Below, piece after piece: positions 29,878 through 64,000 of a stretch of DNA of 64,000 bases (its first letter is position 1; the number at the start of each line of letters is the position of its first letter). Source of the DNA: Chrysomallon squamiferum (taxonomy: Eukaryota; Animalia; Mollusca); the NCBI GenBank assembly GCA_012295275.1, contig CM022666.1, forward strand, positions 16,802,001-16,866,000, given 5' to 3'. The notes under the pieces were generated by a model. That model ran no database searches. It had not been told where the DNA came from and was given only the letters and a program-made list of their open reading frames with translations. The position numbers and the translations under genes are program-made.

Positions 29878-30190
29878 AAGGTAGGACAACAGCACCCCAA
29901 CAAGAAATAAAGGTAGGACAACAGCACCTCAGCGAGAAATAAAGGTAGGACAACAGCACCTCAACGAGAAATAAAGATAGGACAACAGCACCTCAACGAG
30001 AAATAAAGGTAGGACAAACAGCACCCCAACGAGAAATAAAGGTAGGACAACAGCACCCCAACGAGAAATAAAGGTAGGACAACAGCACCTCAACGAGAAA
30101 TAAAGGTAGGACAAACAGCACCCCAACGAGAAATAAAGGTAGGACAACAGCACCCCAACGAGAAATAAAGGTAGGACAACAGCACCTAAG
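29878..30190. repeat. 32-bp minisatellite (~10 copies)
   Basis: Unit aaggtaggacaacagcacc(t/c)caacgagaaata, preceded by degenerate gtaggaca...gtcccc motifs at 29796-29865. Confidence 0.9.
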
Positions 30191-30307
30191 GAAACGAATA
30201 CACGTGATAAACAGGCACGTGTAGTCAGATGTTCACATCAAATGTTTGCTTGGATAATCCTGAACAAGCTGATAATTCCCTTCAGTGACATAAACTGTAA
30301 TATATTC

Positions 30308-30963
30308 AGTAAACACACAGCTCTGTAAACACACAGCTCAGTAAACACACAGCTCAGTAAACACACAGCTCAGTAAACACACAGCTCTGTAAACACACAG
30401 CTCTGTAAACACACAGCTCGGTAAACACACAGCTCAGTAAATACACAGCTCTGTAAACACACAGCTCAGTAAACAACAGCTCTGTAAACACACAGCTCTG
30501 TAAACACACAGCTCGGTAAACACACAGCTCTGTAAACACAGAGGTCAGTAAACACACAGCTCAGTAAACACACAGCTCAGTAAACACATAGGTCAGTAAA
30601 CACACAGCTCTGTAAACACACAGCTCAGTAAACACACAGCTCGGTAAACACACAGCTCTGTAAACACACAGGTCAGTAAACAAAGCTCAGTAAACACACA
30701 GCTCTGTAAACACACAGCTCTGTAAACACACAGCTCTGTAAACACACAGCTCTGTAAACACACAGCTCAGTAAACACACAGCTCTGTAAACACATAGGTC
30801 AGTAAACACACAGCTCTGTAAACACACAGCTCAGTAAACACACAGCTCAGTAAACACACAGCTCTGTAAACACACAGCTCTGTAAACACACAGCTCAGTA
30901 AACACATAGCTCTGTAAACATACAGCTCTGTAAACACACAGCTCAGTAAACACACAGCTCTGT
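30308..30963. repeat. 16-bp minisatellite (~40 copies)
   Basis: Unit gtaaacacacagctc(t/a). Confidence 0.95.
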
Positions 30964-31523
30964 GAGAGCAGACTGGTGAAGTGAAGTGCATCTTGCCCTT
31001 CAGGTGACCCCACTCGCTGTCTCCGTGTTTATATCCAGGTCTTCTCGTCCGTGACGGAATGCAGGTTTAGTATGAAAGTTGACTGATAATTATGGATTTC
31101 ATTATAAATAGCAAAAACCATTTAATAAGAATGCCTTCCATTTTTTGGATGAGTGGAAAAAATTAACCATTATCTACACGTTAAATGCATATTCATGCTT
31201 TAGTATGTAAATTTGTGAAAGATATTAACTGGCAAAAATCCGGATACGTAAAACAAAAAAAATTAAATAAAAAAATTAAATTTGTTTTATATTTTTCCAG
31301 AAAAGTTTGAGAAAAGCTGGATAAATAGAGAAACTTTATTTTTTATTTTTTATTTTTTTTTTTTGTGTCAAAATGTTTCGTGTCTAAAAATCACTCGGAA
31401 ACTAATCTCGACAATTATAAACTTTCGAAATATTGTCAAAATTCAGAAATTGGTATTAACTTTTCAGTTTTTATTGAAAGTTATTATAACAACAAGCAAA
31501 AACTGACAATTATCGTCGTTACT

Positions 31524-33509
<1,986 letters not shown>

Positions 33510-34082
33510 CGTGCTGAGAAATGACCTGACACGTGATGCTCCACGATGTTACATGTAAGTCATTTTGTGGGCGTGTCACATGTACAGTATATATATATAT
33601 GGGAAATGTAAATTGAAAATTATATCTCTGAGGGTGTGGTTGTATCTGTTTGTGGGAGGTAAATGTATGTAAAGCTTTGACTTTGTATCAGTTTTATGTT
33701 CACATTACAAATGTGTCACTGATGTGAATGTTCGACACGTCATCTAACACGAGGAGTGAAAGAGATTTTTTAAAATCATGAATAACCTGTCACACTACAA
33801 TGTTCTGAATCCAAACATTTTGTTTACTTTCATTTAAATGTTTTTTTTTACAAAAATACTTCAAACATAAGCTGATTATTATTATTATTTTTTATTTTAT
33901 TTTAAAGGATATTATTAAGTAAATAAATAAATAAATAATAACAACAACAACATATGCGAAATTACTTAAAACATATATGAATATTTTCCTCATATTTCCG
34001 TGTCTGCAAGCAATGATGAGCGCGTGTCGTGTTCCGAGACAAAAACAAACAGCAATCCCACTCAGACAGCGGAAGCCAGTTG

Positions 34083-34092
34083 GTCACGTGAC
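34083..34092. promoter_or_regulatory. Palindromic E-box GTCACGTGAC (CLEAR/USF-type) in a CpG-containing patch between divergent genes
   Basis: Exact 10-bp palindrome ~570 bp upstream of the secreted-protein ATG. A possible + strand donor lies near 34188. Function untested. Confidence 0.3.
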
Positions 34093-35311
34093 AAAGTGTG
34101 GATCGAGTGAGAGGCGAGTCCGGGTTTTTCTCAGTCAGACTCACACAAGGGAGACTATTTTACGTAGAATTAAGGTTAAAAACAGTGGTAACGTATTTCG
34201 CGATTGAAATTTGACATAAAAGAAATGTTAAACAGGGAGAAATAAAACGGCAATTTAGACATAAATCATTTAATAGATCATAGATATTAAACAAACAATA
34301 AATCATTTACAAATCAGTTTATACTAATACGTTAAGAAATAATTATATGCTGCTCATTGTGGGTTCATTTTTGTGTTAACTTAAGATATCGTATTTTGTC
34401 TCTAAAGTTATTGTCTTCCGTTTCTTTTTATCATCAGCTTTCGCAGGTGTACTGTTATTCATTTTGACATATTGAACGGGTAAATTACAAAAACATTAAG
34501 TCTAAATGGAAGCAGAAGAGACAAGAGAATCTGAACATGTACGTATGACGTCTGCATGTCAACTGATCAACATGGCTGAGGGAAGCTCGCGACTGAACGA
34601 AAAACGAACGAAAACGGATTTAAGCACATGCATTGTACCCATGTGTATCATTTATTTCGAGCAGTTAACTATTAAATTTCTATTTGTATAATTGGTAAAA
34701 AACAACAAAAAACAACCCAAAAACAAACAAACAAACAAACAAAAAACAACAACGATAAAGCGGGATATTGTTAAGCGAGGTATTACTGTATCTAAATCCG
34801 TTTCCAATTAATCAGTGTAATGACTGAGGTAAAAACAAGTATGTCAATAAGACCACAGGACCATATTTAGCCTTTCGACAAACTGGGAGTAACGTTTGTG
34901 TAATGTTTGTGTTTGTGCATAATTAAGTTCATGTCGGTGTGTATATATGGGTGTTACTATTACTGAATAATCCCACCTGTCCTGTGATTTTAGATAAAGT
35001 CATAAATTAAAGAAAAACAATGAATGAATAAATAAATAAAAGCACACACACACACACAGACACACACACACACACAGAGAGAGAGAGACACACACACACA
35101 CAAAATAAAACACAACAACAACGATATTGTTTATAATTTTTGCATACATAATTTATAAAAAACATTTACTAGTATTCATTCATTCACCTGTATTAAATTA
35201 TTACCCTTTGAATTGACGGTGAGTTTGATTCAGCTGTTCAGTCTGTAGCTGTCTGACCAGTGTAGACTGGATCCAGAATTAAACAGCTGCTCATGCAACA
35301 CAGATTAAATA

Positions 35312-35462
<151 letters not shown>

Positions 35463-36530
35463 AATCCACCGATCCGTCCACCTATCTATATATCTATCTC
35501 TCTGTTTATCTACCTACCTACTCATCTATTTTATCGGTTGTTTTGTGTAATTATGTAATATATAAATTATGATAACCATACATAAAATATCAAACAAGTC
35601 TTGTATCAAGGGAAGTAACTGACAGTGGTAGTAAGAACTAAGTACAACAACAGTAGCAGAAGCAGCCGTGACTAGAAACAAATAATAATAATAACAAAAA
35701 AATAAATTAAAATAATATGTCCTCTATTTAATAGACTAATAGAGGTTTCTGATTTTATGCCATAAATCAACTTTCAACTGATATATATATATATATCTTC
35801 ATGGTCTGAATACTAATGGTATCTAAGAAGAAATTGTTACATTTGAAGTGTGAAAATGAAACATACCTAGCTGGGAATTTCAGTTGTTTGATTGTTGGTT
35901 TCAAATACAAAACATGTTTCATTACTTATTTGTTTGTTTGTAAACACAATATATGTTTCATTGTTTGTTTGTTTCTAGTCACAAACTATGTTTCATTGTT
36001 TGTTAGTAGAGAAACGATATGTTTGCTTGTTTCTTTCTTAGTACAGAAAAGATGTGTTTCACTGATTATTTGTTGGGGAAGAAAAATGTGTTTCATGGGT
36101 TATTTGTTAGTAGAGAAATGATGGGTTTCAGTGATTATTTGTTAGGGGAGAAACGTTGTGTTTTTTACTAATCACATATTTGAAATACAACAGTGCAACC
36201 TGGCGCTTAGTTTAACCAGTTTTTATCTTTTAAATCGGAAGTGTGTTCAGTAGTGGTCCATTAAACCAAAGGTTTGCTGTAAGAGTCCACGAGTTGCTAA
36301 TGACAATGTAAACAAGTGATATGTTTTGATTTTTATTTTACGTTCCTGTGTGTCAAATTTCAGTCAGATCACGAAGTTCTTCAAATAAGTGATGAAAACC
36401 GATTAATAAAAAAATAAAAAAAAATAAAATTAAAATACACAACAATGAAAACAAAACACTTACAATTTACTGTGATGCTGCTTAGAGTTCTAAAATATTT
36501 TTTCTTTATTTCTTTATTAATTAATTCCTA

Positions 36531-36593
<63 letters not shown>

Positions 36594-36601
36594 GAATAAA
36601 A

Positions 36602-36644
<43 letters not shown>

Positions 36645-37406
36645 AAGAACAAAATCAAATAAAAGGAAGATGAAATGGGAGATGGAATGAAGTGAAAGAA
36701 GAAATTAATAATTTACGCAAAGAGAAAGAATTCAACGTAAAGAAGAAAACAAATAAACAAGAAAGAAAAAACCCACAAAAAAACGGAAAAAAAAACAACA
36801 ACAAAGCAACAACAAGGAAAAAAAAAAATCAAAAAGAAAAAAGTATAAATTTAAAAACAGAGAAATTACATATATAAGACAGAAGCAGAAGAAAAGTGAT
36901 GAAAAGGAGAAAAGTGTCTAAAGAAAACATATAAGTTTATATCATCTTAGCAACACAAATGTGATTACATCTTGTTTAAATGACATCACGGACCTCAATG
37001 TGACCCTACGTACACAGCGACAGGCGTGGTCGGTTGGTTAGTAATGACGTTTTGTCGTTTTCTCTGACACCAACACTGAAATGTAATAATGCAACGTACT
37101 GACTTATTTCTAATCTGTTTGGACATCAAACTCTTCAACTCAAATCCGTGCTTCGGAAATGTGCTGATACAGACAATTGTTAACTGATTAATAATTATAG
37201 GTGCGATTATTGTTGTTGTGTTATTATAAATATTATTATCATCATTATTATTATTATTATTACTATTATTATTAGTGTTGTTGTTGTTGTTGTTATTTTT
37301 TTATTCCACTGACACACAGATTCTGTGAATAAATGTTACCCTGCTCCTCTGTAGAAACTGATATATCCGCACCTGAAGTCACGCCTCTAATTTATTATTA
37401 TTATTA

Positions 37407-37534
<128 letters not shown>

Positions 37535-38076
37535 ATTTTCTTTATTTATTTTTCTCTTTTTCTCTTAGTTTTTTTATATTTTTAATTTTAATTTTATTTT
37601 TTTCTGTTTCACGATAGTGTAGAATGGTTCCTTGAACACGGTGTGGGAAAAATCACTTTGCACAAAATGACTGTAATCAAGGAAGTGCAACTCTATACGT
37701 GCGACATTTGTTTTAATTTTTTTATTTTTATTTTTATTTTTATTTTTTAGACAAACAACATTCCACCGCATATAAATAAAGCTTGACTGAAACTCTGAAT
37801 AGTTCATTCTTTTTCTTCTGAAAACGTTTTGTAAATGTCAGTTTAAACTGTTTCTTGTGTTGTAGCTGTTTTTTATTAGTTATTGTTTTAAAACACTTAC
37901 TTTGGTTTTATTTTAACTCTTCTCAATTAAGAAAGGACAGTTTCAGAAGGTTTAGTGAGCTTCGCAAGAGATTATTCGAAGAACAAATATTATTTTGTTA
38001 CGATTCACGACGTTTTGACAATTTCTTGTTCGTAAACCTGAATCTGTTGGTTCTTTCTTGGAAGTAATTGCACACA

Positions 38077-49488
<11,412 letters not shown>

Positions 49489-50492
49489 TATCTAGATGAA
49501 ACATCCAACTTGTATACAGAGGCAAACAAGATGAAACAAAATTCAGTATCTGCACAATTTGAAACAAATGAAACAGCTGATGGTTGCGATGAGCAGAGAT
49601 CGGATACATACAGAAAAGCTGAGAAAATGAAAGAGAGTTCTGTGTGTGGACAGTGTGAAATATCCGATGACTGTTCCAGTGACAGCTCAGACAGAGTTCT
49701 GTGTGTGGACAGTGTGAAATATCCGATGACTGTTCCAGTGACAGCTCAGACAGAGTTCTGTGTGTGGACAGTGTGAAATATCCGATGACTGTTCCAGTGA
49801 CAGCTCAGACAGAGTTCTGTGTGTGGACAGTGTGAAATATCCGATGACTGTTCCAGTGACAGCTGAGACAGAAAACTGAAAACAAATCTATCAGAGTCAG
49901 ACGATGTACAGCGCAGATTAGAAACTATTTACGTTAACTGAACAAAAACAGTCTGAGTGAATCAGAAAAAGAACTGAAGTTGGAAACAGACAGCAAGGAA
50001 AAACAATCTGAAGAATCAAAGCTTCAGGAAAATAGTTGAGAAAAGGAAGATTCTGCGTACGTAAATATACGAGACATACACGAGAATTTAACTCACAGAG
50101 AAGACAAAGAGAACGTGTTAAACAATGACACGTCTGGGAAAAGTGAAAACTTAAAATCAGAGACTGTTGATGAAGCAAGAGATGATAACACACACAATGT
50201 TGTAAATTATCAAAATCAGTTCCCTGATTTGACATACATGAATTGTTTACAAAGAGAAAAAAGTGAGGAAGATAAATGTGAGAACAAAACAGAAAGTGAG
50301 AAAGGGAAAGGACAGTGGGAAAGGACAGAAACCGGATCAGATAAAGATGAGCAAAACAGAAACTATTCGGACAACTCTAATCAGAGAGAAGAAAAACAGC
50401 AGCTCGATGATCCTGTGAACTTGCACACATTCAAAACAGAAAAGGAAAAGGAAGAATTCAATGAAATTTCTGATGAAGAAAACTTCAGCTAA
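49489..50492 (+). pseudogene. Decayed continuation of the Ig receptor cytoplasmic tail
   Basis: The frame stays open after TGA 49486-88 (YLDETSNLYTEANK...). It is then broken by a 59-bp x4 repeat and several stops, while the same E/K/N/S-rich composition and Tyr motifs (TIYVN, VNYQN, LTYMN) persist to 50492. Confidence 0.55.
49635..49870. repeat. 59-bp tandem repeat x4
   Basis: gagttctgtgtg starts at 49635, 49694, 49753 and 49812. Confidence 0.95.
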
Positions 50493-50883
50493 TGCAAATT
50501 AGGATAAACTAGACACACAACAAACTCAAGATAAACCTGCTTATTTCAACACACAGATATACACAATGAAAGACTCATCGGATTAATGATAACATTTAAG
50601 TAAGTTAAAGCGCTTACTTTAAACCAAAAGTCTCAGTGTGAAAGAGGGACACAGGATGTGCAGGGGAGTAAACCCAGTGTAAAGAGTTATCTCCTTTTAC
50701 ACAATATTCATATCGTGTGATCTCAGTTGACTGCTAGCAATTCAGAAAGTACAAACGTTTTAGTTACATTTTCCTCCTCAAAATCTGTACATATAACTGT
50801 ATTAAGCTTATGTATTTGCCTTCTGAAATCTGAATATTTTGCAGTTAAATAAAATAGTAAATATTTTTTCTTTTGTTTGTTTT

Positions 50884-50987
<104 letters not shown>

Positions 50988-51322
50988 ACACAACCTATTC
51001 CACATTGATTATACTAGAAAAGAGAACACTGCTCTCTTTGTCTCTGCAAACTAGAACCGCACCTAATTATTAGTCACGCACTGCAGACGAAATAAATATA
51101 GTTGTGCCAAAAAAGGATACATGAGTATTAAAGAAGTCGTTTAATGTATGTGATGTTATTACAGCCACTTTCTGTAGGCTCCGATGAGCCACTTTGGTAT
51201 CTCGTGGACAGGTGGCTACATGTATCCCAATACATAAAAAGGAACACACAGCTAAAAAAAAATCAATGTTAATTCAAAGATAATTAATTACTGGTATTAC
51301 TTTACTTCAAGGTATCTGCTAT

Positions 51323-51745
<423 letters not shown>

Positions 51746-51892
51746 GACTCTGTTAAACGGATCTGAAGAACGATAACTCGTCGACGTTTAATTCCGTGTC
51801 GAAATAAATATTTTATTTATTTACAGTTACTTATTTATTTGTAAATATATATATATTTATTTATTTACTCGTGTGTTTGTTTGCTGCTACAC

Positions 51893-64000
<12,108 letters not shown>

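Overview
This is AT-rich, microsatellite-dense eukaryotic DNA from an invertebrate, probably a mollusc (inferred from repeat and Ig-domain style). Most ORFs in the supplied track are translation artefacts of simple repeats. Manual splicing gives five protein-coding genes: (1) a minus-strand ICE1-like gene (little elongation complex subunit 1) starting at ATG 22149 and running off the left edge, with a U12-type AT-AC intron and a ~4.2 kb repeat-expanded exon; (2) an intronless-CDS single-Ig membrane glycoprotein nested antisense in its 8.2 kb intron; (3) a small GQYPPP-repeat protein with a PPAY motif and a C-terminal NHCLHC/hydrophobic anchor; (4) a two-exon secreted protein of unknown family; (5) a 14-exon, four-Ig-domain type I receptor with a micro-exon stalk and a partly decayed cytoplasmic tail. 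From ~51.9 kb to the end lies a composite macrosatellite of variable-length 374-bp arrays alternating with a ~1.8-1.9 kb spacer. The most striking pattern is that at least five intronic minisatellites, in three different genes, are tandem copies of the neighbouring exon/intron junction, giving arrays of up to ~25 decoy splice sites.
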